The notes beneath the pieces are model-generated. The model was not told the origin of the DNA and did no database searches. It saw only the letters and a list, made by a program, of their open reading frames with translations. A DNA stretch of 64,000 bases. It comes from an uncultured Faecalibacterium sp. GTDB lineage: Bacteria > Bacillota > Clostridia > Oscillospirales > Acutalibacteraceae. The position numbers were made by a program, and so were the translations under genes. The DNA lies in contig CAYZOU010000005.1 in the NCBI GenBank assembly GCA_964480405.1, positions 39,117-103,116 on the forward strand, in the 5' to 3' direction. Shown here in pieces: positions 43,566 through 53,868 of the stretch (its first letter is position 1; each line of letters begins with the position of its first letter).

Positions 43566-44141
43566 TTATTCAGCAACAAAAATGTACTTCTCCGATGACC
43601 AAAAATCGCTTTCATATTCAAACTCAATCTTTTTTGCGTCTTTGGGAACTTCAAAATATACAACAGCGGCAAATTTTCTGCCTGATGATACGGATTCAAG
43701 TGTGGGAGGGTTTGAGTCCTCTACACCAAAATAAAAGCCCTCACATTTTTCGCCATCTGCATAGCAATATATGCTGTCAAGAGATTGATCTATATCGGAA
43801 ATATTTTCAAATGTAAAAGCAGCTCTTACAACTTTGAAGCCCTTTGTTACGCTTGTATATTTGCTGTATTTGGTGTAATTTGTATCGCAACTTTTGAACG
43901 TGATTTTGAGATCGTCGTCCGCCACGCTTGAGCCGATTTTTATTTCCTTTGTAGCATCCTTTGTTTCATCGGTTTGAGATGATGAATTGCTCGAGTCCGG
44001 CGTTTCAACTGTCGGTTCCGAATCACCCGACGATCCTATGGCGATTATCAGCAGCACTACTGCAATACCTATAATTATCCACAATTTTTTGCTCTTTTTC
44101 TTCTTTGGCTTTTCTTCTACTAAGACTTCATCATTATTCAT
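43566..44141 (-). CDS. Membrane-anchored protein, DUF4352-like Ig-fold domain
   Basis: TM helix LWIIIGIAVVLLIIAIG, then a Ser/Asp linker. The C-terminal domain pattern (KITF...FTFENIS...YADGEKCE...VYFEVPKDAK) is the basis for the call, from my recollection of the family. Confidence 0.55.
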   Translation of the reverse strand: MNNDEVLVEEKPKKKKSKKLWIIIGIAVVLLIIAIGSSGDSEPTVETPDSSNSSSQTDETKDATKEIKIGSSVADDDLKITFKSCDTNYTKYSKYTSVTKGFKVVRAAFTFENISDIDQSLDSIYCYADGEKCEGFYFGVEDSNPPTLESVSSGRKFAAVVYFEVPKDAKKIEFEYESDFWSSEKYIFVAE

Positions 44142-44156
44142 AATGCATCCTCCTTT

Positions 44157-44225
44157 GACATTTAGTGAATGTCATATTATCTGCATTATAGCATATAATT
44201 TTTATAATGACAAGCACTAAATGTC
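44157..44225. promoter_or_regulatory. Divergent promoter region with inverted 11-bp operator-like repeats
   Basis: GACATTTAGTG (44157-44167) and its exact reverse complement CACTAAATGTC (44215-44225). TATAAT-like hexamers lie between them. Confidence 0.5.
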
Positions 44226-44241
44226 AATTTGGGAGTTTTTT

Positions 44242-44490
44242 ATGTTTATAAACAAATCAGCTGACGGATTAAATAATGTTTGCGGAAAGAATATCGCAGG
44301 TATCAGAAAGAATATGAAAATATCTCAACGTCAATTAGCGGATATGCTTCAGCTAAATAATCTCGACGTAGACAAAAACGCTATCCAGCGAATTGAATGT
44401 GGAAAGCGTTTTGTCACAGATATTGAGCTTATAATTATCGCAAAGGTGCTTAATGTCGGATATGAGGTTTTGTTGATGCAGGGGGAGTGA
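44242..44490 (+). CDS. XRE-family helix-turn-helix transcriptional regulator
   Basis: HTH pattern IRKNMKISQRQLADMLQLNNLDVDKNAIQRIECGKR. Start chosen at MFINK. Confidence 0.8.
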   Translation: MFINKSADGLNNVCGKNIAGIRKNMKISQRQLADMLQLNNLDVDKNAIQRIECGKRFVTDIELIIIAKVLNVGYEVLLMQGE

Positions 44491-44600
44491 AGTCGCCCGG
44501 GTGGAGTGCCGGGGCGAAGGGGCGGCAGCGGTGCCGGCGTTCACCCCCCGAGCGCAGCGAGTGGGGTGGCGATGGCGCCGCCGTTGCTGCGACTTAAAAT
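44491..44600. repeat. GC-rich family A-related repeat segment
   Basis: gcccgggtggagtgccgggg..., ccccccgagcgcagcgagtgggg..., gccgccgttgc. It shares blocks with 29860-29930. Confidence 0.6.
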
Positions 44601-44715
44601 CAGCTGAAGCTTTGTTAGCTGCTAAGCGCTGAGCATTGAAGTAATATTCGAAATTGATTTGTTTCGAATAAATGCCGCAACAAATTCTGCAACTTAAAAC
44701 GACCGAAGTTTCGAG

Positions 44716-44784
44716 GGATTTAATCCGCAAAGTGCCGAAAATACGCCATTTTGGGCGACTTCGGATTTGACTTCAATGCTTAAG
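44716..44784 (+). repeat. Family B repeat copy
   Basis: ggatttaatccgcaaagtgccgaaaatacgccattttgggcgacttcggatttgacttcaatgcttaag. Confidence 0.85.
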
Positions 44785-44872
44785 CTGACGGGAATCGAAC
44801 TCAATACGGTTTTTCAAGGTATATTTTCGCCAATGCTGTGTCGGAAATCCTCGACAGGCGTCAGCATTATTT

Positions 44873-45131
44873 TGAAAAGTCAGCTCAACGTACTTTTGTA
44901 ATCGAGCTTTCATCAGCCTTCGGAGTTTCTCGTAAAATCCAAGCGAAATCAGCGGGGCGTCTGTTTGGCACTCACTCCGCCCTTCGCCTGCGGCGAGCGC
45001 TACGGAGTACACAAACAGCCGCCGTTACGCTCGCTTCGCTCGCTACTGCACCCTTGCGAGTGGATTTAATCCGCAAAGTGCCGAAAATACGCCGTTTTAG
45101 GCGACTTCGGATTTGACTTCAATGCTTAAGC
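44873..45131 (+). repeat. Composite repeat, family A-prime followed by family B
   Basis: 44873-45056 is the reverse complement of 61136-61320. 45062-45130 is nearly identical to 44716-44784 and 61339-61407. Confidence 0.85.
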
Positions 45132-45169
45132 GACGAGAATCAAACTCAATACGCAACTTTGCAAACACG

Positions 45170-45210
45170 AAAAAAACAGCAGTCACCGCAAAGTGACTGC
45201 TGAAATTTTT
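45170..45210 (-). terminator. Terminator after pnp (bidirectional shape)
   Basis: cagcagtcac-cgcaaa-gtgactgctg flanked by A and T tracts. Confidence 0.85.
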
Positions 45211-45215
45211 TATTA

Positions 45216-47396
45216 TCAATCACGGTTTCTTCTGCCGTGGCCGCCGTTTCTGTTGTTTCTCGGTCTTCTCGGAGCTTCGCCGTCATCTTCGGGAACTAAG
45301 CCCTCGATCTCGATGAGAGCGTCTCTTCTTGAAAGATTGATTCTGCCCTGATCGTCGATCTCTGTTACCTTAACGATAACCTCATCACCGACGTTTACGC
45401 AATCCTCGACCTTTTCAACTCTCTTAACATCAAGCTTGCTGATATGGCAAAGACCTTCCTTGCCCGGAGCTATCTCAACAAATGCGCCGAATGACATAAG
45501 TCTTGTTACAACGCCTCTGAATATTGAGCCGACTTCGGGATCGTTTGCGATAGTCTGAATCATTGTGAGCGCTCTGTTAGCGTCATCAAGATCAAGTGAG
45601 GAAATGAAGATTGAACCATCTTCCTCAACGTCTACCTTACAGTTGCACTCAGCGCAGATCTTCTGAATGACCTTGCCCTGCTTGCCGATAACGTCGCCGA
45701 TCTTATCCGGAGAAATCTTTGTTGAAAGCATCTTCGGTGCATACTTTGAAAGCTCTGCTCTCGGCTCTGCGATACACGGAAGCATAACTTCATCGAGAAT
45801 CTTGCAGCGAGCGTCATATGTCTTTTGGAAAGCTTCCTTTATAATTTCGGGTGTAAGTCCGTGGATCTTAAGGTCCATCTGAATAGCCGTGATACCCTTC
45901 TTTGTGCCTGCAACCTTGAAGTCCATTTCGCCGAAGAAGTCCTCAAGACCCTGGATATCAACCATTGTCATGAAGCGGTCGCCCTCGGTGATAAGTCCGC
46001 AGGAAATACCTGCAACGGGAGCTTTAATGGGTACACCTGCCGCCATGAGCGAGAGAGTTGAGCCGCAGACGGAAGCCTGTGATGTTGAGCCGTTTGATGA
46101 GAGAACCTCCGATACAAGTCTTATCGTATACGGGAACTCCTCAACTGACGGGATAACGGGAAGAAGTGCTCTCTCGGCGAGTGCGCCGTGACCTATTTCA
46201 CGTCTGCCGGGGCCTCTGGGCGGCTTTGTCTCGCCAACTGAATATGACGGGAAATTATAGTGGTGGATATATCTCTTGCTCTCCTCCTCGTCAAGACCGT
46301 CGAGCAACTGAGCGTCAGCCATAGTGCCGAGGGTGGTAACGGTGAGAACCTGTGTCTGACCTCTTGTGAACATACCCGATCCGTGAGCACGGCTGAGAAG
46401 ATCGACCTGAGCGTTGAGCGGTCTCATATCGTTGATTCCTCTGCCGTCAACACGCTTGCCCTCATCGAGCAACCAGCGGCGTACGATAAACTTCTGAAGC
46501 TTATAGAGACAGTCATCTATCTTCTCTGCTTCTTCGGGATATTCTTCGTCAAACTTAGCGTGAACTGCATCGTATATGGGCTTGAGTCTCTCGTCTCTGA
46601 CTCTCTTGTCGTCTGTGTCGAGAGCTGCCTTAACATCGTCAATAGCGAAATCCTTAACGGCATTGAACAGCTCCTCGGAGGGATCGTTTGACTCAAACGG
46701 CACTTTCTCCTTGCCGATCTCTTTCTGTATGCCCTTGATGAATTCAACTATTTCCTTGTTCGTCTCGTGAGCGAACATAATAGCTTCAAACATATCGTCA
46801 TTGCTGACTTCGTTTGCGCCTGCTTCTATCATAGCGACAAGGCTGTCTGTTGATGCGACTGTAACAGCCATTTCGCTCTTTTGTCTTTCCTCGAACGTCG
46901 GGTTGATGACATACTTTCCGTCAACAAGACCGACCGATACGCTGCTGACAGGGCCGTCCCAGGGGATCTCCGAAATTGAGATAGCGACCGAAACACCGAT
47001 CATTGCCGTAACCTCGGGTAAGCAATCGGGATCGACCGACATAACGGTTGCGACAACACCGACGTCGTTTCTCATATCCTTCGGGAAAAGAGGACGAATG
47101 GGTCTGTCGATAACTCTTGAAGCAAGAGTAGCCTTTTCGCTTGCCTTGCCCTCACGTCTCTGGAATGAGCCGGGGATCTTACCTACCGAGTAAAGCTTTT
47201 CTTCGTAGTCGACCGAGAGCGGAAAGAAATCTACGCCCTCTCTGGGCTTTGCCGACATTGTAGCCGTGCAGAGAACTTCCGTCTCACCGTATCTTACCAG
47301 ACATGAGCCGCCTGCCAACTGAGCCATTTTGCCCGTTTCTACTACGAGCGGACGGCCTGCAAGCGTTGTTTCGAATTTTCTGAATTCTTCAAACAT
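45216..47396 (-). CDS. pnp: Polyribonucleotide nucleotidyltransferase (PNPase)
   Basis: 726 aa with two RNase PH domains plus KH and S1 domains (GVVTRLMSFGAFVEI). rpsO lies upstream. Confidence 0.97.
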   Translation of the reverse strand: MFEEFRKFETTLAGRPLVVETGKMAQLAGGSCLVRYGETEVLCTATMSAKPREGVDFFPLSVDYEEKLYSVGKIPGSFQRREGKASEKATLASRVIDRPIRPLFPKDMRNDVGVVATVMSVDPDCLPEVTAMIGVSVAISISEIPWDGPVSSVSVGLVDGKYVINPTFEERQKSEMAVTVASTDSLVAMIEAGANEVSNDDMFEAIMFAHETNKEIVEFIKGIQKEIGKEKVPFESNDPSEELFNAVKDFAIDDVKAALDTDDKRVRDERLKPIYDAVHAKFDEEYPEEAEKIDDCLYKLQKFIVRRWLLDEGKRVDGRGINDMRPLNAQVDLLSRAHGSGMFTRGQTQVLTVTTLGTMADAQLLDGLDEEESKRYIHHYNFPSYSVGETKPPRGPGRREIGHGALAERALLPVIPSVEEFPYTIRLVSEVLSSNGSTSQASVCGSTLSLMAAGVPIKAPVAGISCGLITEGDRFMTMVDIQGLEDFFGEMDFKVAGTKKGITAIQMDLKIHGLTPEIIKEAFQKTYDARCKILDEVMLPCIAEPRAELSKYAPKMLSTKISPDKIGDVIGKQGKVIQKICAECNCKVDVEEDGSIFISSLDLDDANRALTMIQTIANDPEVGSIFRGVVTRLMSFGAFVEIAPGKEGLCHISKLDVKRVEKVEDCVNVGDEVIVKVTEIDDQGRINLSRRDALIEIEGLVPEDDGEAPRRPRNNRNGGHGRRNRD

Positions 47397-47603
47397 TTAA
47401 TTTACCTCTCTTAAAAATATTTTTTACAGCGAGGTAGGTTTAGCAATAAATTCAACGCCGTGTCGGCGCTCAATTTAGTGCTAACCCTTTAGACGACCTC
47501 ACTGTTTTTGATGATTTTGGGGTACGCACACACCTGTGCGTACAAAAAACAGCAAACGCAAAGGCAGACGAGATAGACAGCTACCTCATCTGCCAAAGAA
47601 AAA

Positions 47604-47867
47604 TTACTTACGTAAGCCGAGTCTTGCAACGATTGAACGGTATCTTTCGATATCGACTTTCTGAAGGTATGCAAGAAGGTTTCTTCTGTGACCGACCATC
47701 TTGAGAAGACCACGACGTGAATGGTGATCCTTCTGGTTCTTCTTCAAGTGCTCGGTAAGGTCGTTGATTCTCTTTGTGAGAACTGCGATCTGAACCTCCG
47801 GTGAACCTGTGTCACCCTCGTGAGTAGCATACTCGAGCATTATAGCTTGCTTTTCTTCTTTTGTCAT
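47604..47867 (-). CDS. rpsO: 30S ribosomal protein S15
   Basis: 87 aa containing [14 protein letters not shown]...[16 protein letters not shown]. Confidence 0.97.
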   Translation of the reverse strand: MTKEEKQAIMLEYATHEGDTGSPEVQIAVLTKRINDLTEHLKKNQKDHHSRRGLLKMVGHRRNLLAYLQKVDIERYRSIVARLGLRK

Positions 47868-48073
47868 TTGACTTCACCTCTTTTAAAATTTTACATTTAA
47901 GCCGTACCCTCAGGTATGGGACAGGTGAACACCCCGTCGGGGTTTACTCCCGTATCCGAGAATAGGCACAATGCTTGGATATTATATCATACGGCAAACA
48001 AAAAGTAAATAGAAAATCAAAAAATAAAAATTAAATTTTCACTGCGCAGTCGCCTGCCGTATACCTTGAAAAA

Positions 48074-50389
48074 TTAAATATATTTCAGCTCAAGCTTTTC
48101 GCCGTTTACCGTGATGCTGATTCCGCAGACGTTTTCGTCCGAGTGAGCGATTATGATGTTCGCTATCTCGTCCTCGACCTCACGTCTTATAACGTTGCGA
48201 AGCTCTCTTGCGCCTCTTGCGCCGCCCGTCGCTTTTTTGCCGAGGTATGCACAGACTTCGTCATTCCACGTAAGTCTGATGCCCTTATCCGCAAGCGGCT
48301 CGACAAGCTCGTTCAAAAGCAGATCCGCTATCTTAACGTAGTTATCTTCGCTGAGCTCATTGAATACGACTACCTCGTCAACTCTGCCGATAAATTCGGG
48401 TCTGAGGAAATCGGAAAGAGCCTTCATGACCTTTTCCTTTGTCGCCTCGCTCTTATCCTTACCGAAGCCGAGTGCGTTCGCTTTTTTCTCGCTGCCGGCG
48501 TTCGACGTCATGATTATGACAGTGTTTTCAAAGTTGACCGTTCTGCCTTGAGCGTCTGTTATTCTTCCCTCGTCGAGTATCTGAAGCAGGATATTCATAA
48601 CGTCGGGGTGAGCCTTTTCTATCTCATCAAACAGCAATATGGAATACGGCTTTCTTCTTACCTTTTCGGTCAGCTGTCCGGCTTCGTCATATCCGACATA
48701 TCCCGGAGGTGAGCCGATTATTCTCGAAACGCTGTGCTTCTCCATAAACTCGCTCATGTCAAGACGGATAAGCGTTTCCGGTGTATCGAACAGAAGCTTG
48801 GAAAGCTGTTTGACAAGCTCTGTTTTTCCGACACCCGTAGGGCCGACAAATATAAACGATGCAGGGTGTCTCTTTGTGCTTATTTGCACACGGCTTCTTC
48901 TTATCGCCTTTGAGACCGCTTCAACGGCTTCGTCCTGACCTATTATCTTAGCTTTAAGCTGATTTTCAAGATTTGATAAGCGCTTTATGTCGCTTTCTAT
49001 GACCTTGTGCGCCGGAATACCTGTCCAAAGCTCTATGACCTTGGCTATATCTTCTTCCGTTACGGCGTTATCCTCGGCTTTAATTTTAAGCTCCTCAAGC
49101 TCATTTTCACACTTGACGATCTCCGACTTGATATTCGCAACGGCTTCATAATCAATAGGCTCGTTTTCCTTGGGCATTGAGAGGTCCTCCTCATCAAGCT
49201 TCAAGTCCTCTAATCTTCTCTCACCTATTTCGTAATCGCTTATCGCTTTGTTTCTCAGGTTTGCGCAGGTGCATGATTCGTCAAGCAGGTCGATAGCTTT
49301 ATCGGGCAAGAATCTGTCGGTGATATATCTTTCCGAAAGAACGACCGTCTTTCTGACAAGCTCATCGCTTATTCTTACTCTGTGATAATTTTCATAATAG
49401 CTCTTGATTCCCATTAAAACGGTGACGGTCTCGTCGATTGACGGCTCATCGACCTTAACAGGCTGGAAACGTCTTTCAAGTGCCGTATCCTTTTCGATAT
49501 GCTTTCTGTATTCTGTGAACGTGGTTGCGCCGATGACCTGTATCTCGCCTCTTGAAAGTGCAGGCTTCAAGATATTGGCGGCATTCATCGAGCCTTCCGC
49601 ATCACCCGTTCCGACAAGATTATGAACTTCATCAATAAAGAGAATGATGTTTCCGTCGTCCTTGACCTCTTGAATGAGGCTCTTGATTCTCGATTCAAAC
49701 TGACCTCTGAACTGAGTACCGGCGACAAGAGCTGTCAAATCGAGCAGGTGGATCTCCTTATTCGCAAGCTTTGCGGGTACTTGACCCGAAGCTATCTTCA
49801 GTGCGATACCCTCGGCTATTGCGGTTTTGCCGACACCCGGCTCGCCGATAAGACAGGGGTTGTTCTTTGAGCGGCGACAGAGTATCTGCATCGCTCTGTA
49901 TATCTCCTTGTCTCTGCCGATAATATTATCAAGCTGACCCTCTCTTGCCTTTTTCGTAAGATCCGTGCAATAAGTGTTGAGACATTTACGCTTTTTCGGA
50001 TCTTTCTTTTTGTTCCTGCGACGTCTCTCTGCCCTGCTCTCGCTTTTTTCTTCCTCGGGGCTTTCCGGTACGGTCAGCTCTTCATTTTCGCCGTGACCGT
50101 TCATATCGCCCATAAGTCCCTGCAAAAACGGAAGTGTGGGAACTCCGCCCTCTTCAAAGCTTCCGTCCTCGCTTGATGCCGGAAACATGTTTCCGAACTG
50201 CTCGGTTATTGCGTCAACGTCCTCATCGGTTATGCCCATTGACTGCATCATCTGCTTTATCGGGCCGATATTAAGCTCGAGTGCACATTTGAGGCAATAG
50301 CCCTCCGAGGTCGTCTTACCGTTTTCAACCTTTTGTATGAACATTACCGCAGGTCTCTCGTGGCATTTGCAGCACATCATCTGTTTCAT
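48074..50389 (-). CDS. ClpA/ClpC-family double AAA+ ATPase with a Cys4 zinc-ribbon-like N-terminus instead of a Clp_N repeat domain
   Basis: Two Walker A motifs ([16 protein letters not shown]) and a ClpP-loop-like LGFG. The N-terminus reads [11 protein letters not shown]...[10 protein letters not shown]. Confidence 0.85.
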   Translation of the reverse strand: MKQMMCCKCHERPAVMFIQKVENGKTTSEGYCLKCALELNIGPIKQMMQSMGITDEDVDAITEQFGNMFPASSEDGSFEEGGVPTLPFLQGLMGDMNGHGENEELTVPESPEEEKSESRAERRRRNKKKDPKKRKCLNTYCTDLTKKAREGQLDNIIGRDKEIYRAMQILCRRSKNNPCLIGEPGVGKTAIAEGIALKIASGQVPAKLANKEIHLLDLTALVAGTQFRGQFESRIKSLIQEVKDDGNIILFIDEVHNLVGTGDAEGSMNAANILKPALSRGEIQVIGATTFTEYRKHIEKDTALERRFQPVKVDEPSIDETVTVLMGIKSYYENYHRVRISDELVRKTVVLSERYITDRFLPDKAIDLLDESCTCANLRNKAISDYEIGERRLEDLKLDEEDLSMPKENEPIDYEAVANIKSEIVKCENELEELKIKAEDNAVTEEDIAKVIELWTGIPAHKVIESDIKRLSNLENQLKAKIIGQDEAVEAVSKAIRRSRVQISTKRHPASFIFVGPTGVGKTELVKQLSKLLFDTPETLIRLDMSEFMEKHSVSRIIGSPPGYVGYDEAGQLTEKVRRKPYSILLFDEIEKAHPDVMNILLQILDEGRITDAQGRTVNFENTVIIMTSNAGSEKKANALGFGKDKSEATKEKVMKALSDFLRPEFIGRVDEVVVFNELSEDNYVKIADLLLNELVEPLADKGIRLTWNDEVCAYLGKKATGGARGARELRNVIRREVEDEIANIIIAHSDENVCGISITVNGEKLELKYI

Positions 50390-50422
50390 TTATCTGTCTC
50401 CTTATACACTGAACGTGTAAGA

Positions 50423-51052
50423 TTATTTTTGCTTATTGGCGTTTCTTTCCTTGAACTGCTTGTATGTTCCGGGCATATAGCTTGCGAAAGCTACAAGTGT
50501 CGCTATAACGGCGACAATAACAAGTGTGAATGTCAGCCATACGGGCATTATCCAAAGCGATGTTAAAGCTCCGACCGACGGTCCGAAAGCAATAACGAGG
50601 ATCATAACACCGTAGAATACGCAGGTTGCGACCTTGCCGTATATTTCGGCTGCGCCCGGTCTTATACCCATAGCTATCATAACAGCTCCGCCGATGACCA
50701 TGACGGCATCTTTAAGCAGGAAGATAAGGAATACCCAGCTGAAGGCTCTTATTAAAGAATCGTCAGCCTGTCTGAACTTGATGAACAGGATTATAGCTAT
50801 AGTGATTATTGTCATCTTATCGGCAACAGGGTCAAGGATCTTACCTAAGTTGCTGACCTGATTGAAGCGTCTTGCGATCTTTCCGTCGAAAAGATCCGTA
50901 AGACCGGATATTGCGATTATGACAGCGGCTATCAAAACCTGATCCTTAACAAGACAGTAGCCGAAGATAGGAATGAGTATGATTCTTATAAGTGATAATA
51001 AATTCGGGATAGTTTTCCAATTTGAAAACAGATCCTTTAATATTTCTTTCAT
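50423..51052 (-). CDS. pgsA: CDP-diacylglycerol--glycerol-3-phosphate 3-phosphatidyltransferase
   Basis: CDP-alcohol phosphatidyltransferase motif DLFDGKIARRFNQVSNLGKILDPVADK. Confidence 0.85.
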   Translation of the reverse strand: MKEILKDLFSNWKTIPNLLSLIRIILIPIFGYCLVKDQVLIAAVIIAISGLTDLFDGKIARRFNQVSNLGKILDPVADKMTIITIAIILFIKFRQADDSLIRAFSWVFLIFLLKDAVMVIGGAVMIAMGIRPGAAEIYGKVATCVFYGVMILVIAFGPSVGALTSLWIMPVWLTFTLVIVAVIATLVAFASYMPGTYKQFKERNANKQK

Positions 51053-51065
51053 TTAGTATGTCCTC

Positions 51066-51767
51066 CTAAGACTGAATATTAAGTAAATTTAAAATATTGT
51101 CGAATGCTCCGACTATTCTTGAGGATTCGACGAGTGAAGTCAAACTGTCATTGCCGATGACACCGGCTACAAGCTCAAGAGCAAAGCAGGCAACGGCGAT
51201 AACTATAACGCCCTTCACAGCACCGAAAAGCAGACCGAAAATTTCATTGGCTTGCTTGACCGCCGGAAGCTCTGTCAGCTTATCAAGAAGCAAGGTAGCT
51301 ATCTTGAGAATAAGCACAGCCAAAACAAACACTGCCACAAAGACGAGCAGCTTGATTATCGCCGTGAGCACCGGTGAAACGATGTTATTCATTAAAACTT
51401 CGGCTATATCGGCTCCGCTTTCCTCTAACTTTTGAGAAAGTGCAGAAGCCATACTCTTTTTGTCAACTCCGAGCATACCCAAAAAGCCGTTGAGCGATTC
51501 GGGGATACTGTCAAGCGCAGATTGCACCTGAGACGAAGCGGAATTACCCGCCGAGGCAAGCTCTCTGTTTAATGAGCTGTATGCCCTTTGCTCAAAATAC
51601 TGAGCGAAGATCTGAGGTGCGAGCTGAACCGAAACTACTCTGGCTAAAATGAATGCTATCAAATTTGAAGCAAGATCCATGAGACTCTTAACAAAGCCTC
51701 TCTTCCAGCCGACGATAAGGCATACCGCCAACAGCGCCGCCAGAATTATATCAATAATATATTCCAT
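51066..51767 (-). CDS. cvpA: CvpA-family membrane protein
   Basis: N-terminus IIDIILAALLAVCLIVGWKRGFVKSL with several TM helices. Confidence 0.7.
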   Translation of the reverse strand: MEYIIDIILAALLAVCLIVGWKRGFVKSLMDLASNLIAFILARVVSVQLAPQIFAQYFEQRAYSSLNRELASAGNSASSQVQSALDSIPESLNGFLGMLGVDKKSMASALSQKLEESGADIAEVLMNNIVSPVLTAIIKLLVFVAVFVLAVLILKIATLLLDKLTELPAVKQANEIFGLLFGAVKGVIVIAVACFALELVAGVIGNDSLTSLVESSRIVGAFDNILNLLNIQS

Positions 51768-51833
51768 TACTGTTCTCCTTTTCTTTGTATTTCTTTAAAA
51801 CAATTCCTCTATTTCATAGAACACCCCCGTGAT

Positions 51834-51900
51834 TTAAGCATTGAAGTTAAACCCGAAGTCACCTAAAACGATGTGTTTCGGATTTGACTTCAATGCTTAA
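51834..51900. repeat. Long hairpin built from two inverted family-B arms
   Basis: ttaagcattgaagttaaacccgaa ... ttcggatttgacttcaatgcttaa. The stem is 24 bp with two positions that become G-U pairs. Confidence 0.8.
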
Positions 51901-51960
51901 GGATTTTATATTCTATCACACAAGTGTGAAGATATAACGACATAAAATTTAAACTTTATA

Positions 51961-53115
51961 TTATTTAATTACATATTTATACACGCTGTTTTCCGAAAAT
52001 GTGAAAGCATTGTTTCCGGATATCATCAGCTTTGAGCTTGAAGCATCGACCTCTATATCGTCGCCTCTTTCGCCCGATGAAATGCTGTAGACAAGTATCT
52101 TGCCCGAAATAAGAACGTAGACATTCTTGCTGTCTGTCTTAAAATCAAGTATATCGCTTTCTATTGATTTTTCAAATACTTTTTCGCAGTTTTTATTTAT
52201 GACCATCAAATTTTTGTCATTAAGCGAGCCGAACTCTTTTTTGAGTATCGCAACCGAGGATTTCGAGCCGAACGAAAAGCCCGCAAGCTCATCATATTCA
52301 TAGCTTACAACTTGGCTTTGAGTTTCTTTCATGTCGGCTATCATATAGCTGATATCGGTTATAACGCTGATCTTTTTATTGTCGATAAATTTTATCCTGT
52401 ATACCGTTTCGTTGGGATATTCGAGTTTGCTTTCGATCTCAAGAGAATCGACATTAAAATAGTATATCCTTGAATACGGGTCTCCGTTTGACACGTTTAT
52501 TGATGACACCGCAACCGATTTTCCGTTTTTGGATAAAGCGACGTCTGTCAGATAATCGTCCGTACACTCCCAGCTGAACATTGCCGTGTTCTTTGAGGAA
52601 TAGACTGTGACGACCAAGGTCGACTGTGCGCTTCTTGTGATTATTGCGTAATTCCCGTTTGAAGCTATATCGGCGTTGATTATCTCCTCCTCTAAGTCGC
52701 CTTGATATATTATCTCCGACTTATCGGCTACCGTATATTTTCCCGTTGAGCGCTCGAAAGCTATGTATTTCTTGTCCGAGGACTTGAAGACGGGGCTTGA
52801 ATATCCGATGTTTTCCGTATATCGCTTTTCGCCGTTCGCTTTAAATGAGATGAGCGATTTTCCCGTGACGGCGATATTTCCCGACGAAAGCTTTATTCCG
52901 TCTGTCAGCTCGCTGTCGACCGTGAAAAGCAAGTCGCCTTCTGCGCTGTCTGTTCGCTCGACCTCGTTCTTGACCTGCGGCACGACATAAAGTGCGGTAA
53001 GCGCAACGAGTGCGACCGCTATCACGATTATGAGCGTACGCAATATTTTTTTCGGTTTCTTTTTATTTCCGACCTTGACGACTTTTTTCGTTTTTTCGTT
53101 ATTCTGTCTGCTCAT
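51961..53115 (-). CDS. Membrane-anchored beta-propeller-like protein (DUF5711-like), function unknown
   Basis: Basic N-terminus, then TM helix LIIVIAVALVALTALYVV. Repetitive beta-strand-rich sequence follows. The family name is from recollection. Confidence 0.55.
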   Translation of the reverse strand: MSRQNNEKTKKVVKVGNKKKPKKILRTLIIVIAVALVALTALYVVPQVKNEVERTDSAEGDLLFTVDSELTDGIKLSSGNIAVTGKSLISFKANGEKRYTENIGYSSPVFKSSDKKYIAFERSTGKYTVADKSEIIYQGDLEEEIINADIASNGNYAIITRSAQSTLVVTVYSSKNTAMFSWECTDDYLTDVALSKNGKSVAVSSINVSNGDPYSRIYYFNVDSLEIESKLEYPNETVYRIKFIDNKKISVITDISYMIADMKETQSQVVSYEYDELAGFSFGSKSSVAILKKEFGSLNDKNLMVINKNCEKVFEKSIESDILDFKTDSKNVYVLISGKILVYSISSGERGDDIEVDASSSKLMISGNNAFTFSENSVYKYVIK

Positions 53116-53860
53116 TTTTATTTTCTCCGTAAAAAACTTTATTTAGATACAGTCCGCAAGCAGGTGCTGTGACGCCGGCTTTGCTTCTGTCCTTACTTTC
53201 GATTATTTTCGGTACGCTCCCACATTCGAGCTTGCCTCGGCTGATATCCAAAAGCGTTCCGACTGCGATTCTGACCATATTATAAAGAAAGCCGTCACCG
53301 CATACCTTGAATATAACTTTGTCGCCGTCTCTCGTGACCGTGAAGTCATAGACGGTTCTGACGGTGTCTTTGACACTTGAGCCTGCCGCACAAAATGAGG
53401 CGAAATCGTGTGTTCCGATGAAGTCCTTCGCCTGTTCGTCGAGCATTTTTTCATCAAGCTTATACTTATAGTGATAAGCTCTGCCGACGAGGAACGGGTC
53501 TCGCACCTTGGCGTTATTTATAATGTATATGTATTCCTTGCCCTTGCAGTCGAATCTTGCGTGAAATCCGTCGCCGACAACTTCGCAATCGGTAACGGCT
53601 ATCTGTTCGGGCAAGACAGCATTCAAGGCGTATATCATTTTTTTACACGGCATATTTGTCTCAAGCTTACAGCTGAAGCAAAACTCGTTTGCGTGTACTC
53701 CGGAGTCGGTGCGGCTGCAACCGTGGACAGTTACCCTTTGAGAGAAAATTCTGTCTATCGCCTCGGAGATACATTGCTGAACGGTTATGCCGTTGGGCTG
53801 GAGCTGCCAGCCGTGAAAAGCGAAACCGTCATATTTAATTTTAAAAAGATAGTTTCGCAT
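53099..53860 (-). CDS. truA: tRNA pseudouridine(38-40) synthase
   Basis: Motifs YDGFAFHGWQ and GCSRTDSGVHA. Located downstream of ecfT, as is typical in Firmicutes. Confidence 0.95.
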   Translation of the reverse strand: MRNYLFKIKYDGFAFHGWQLQPNGITVQQCISEAIDRIFSQRVTVHGCSRTDSGVHANEFCFSCKLETNMPCKKMIYALNAVLPEQIAVTDCEVVGDGFHARFDCKGKEYIYIINNAKVRDPFLVGRAYHYKYKLDEKMLDEQAKDFIGTHDFASFCAAGSSVKDTVRTVYDFTVTRDGDKVIFKVCGDGFLYNMVRIAVGTLLDISRGKLECGSVPKIIESKDRSKAGVTAPACGLYLNKVFYGENKNEQTE

Positions 53861-53868
53861 ACTTCACC

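Noticed and set aside
44491-45215. Large ornate ncRNA (ROOL/GOLLD-like) in the long repeat-filled intergenic regions
   Set aside because: The same modules occur at many sites in different orders and orientations. That fits dispersed repeat elements better than a single-copy large RNA. I also cannot recall consensus sequences well enough to match them.
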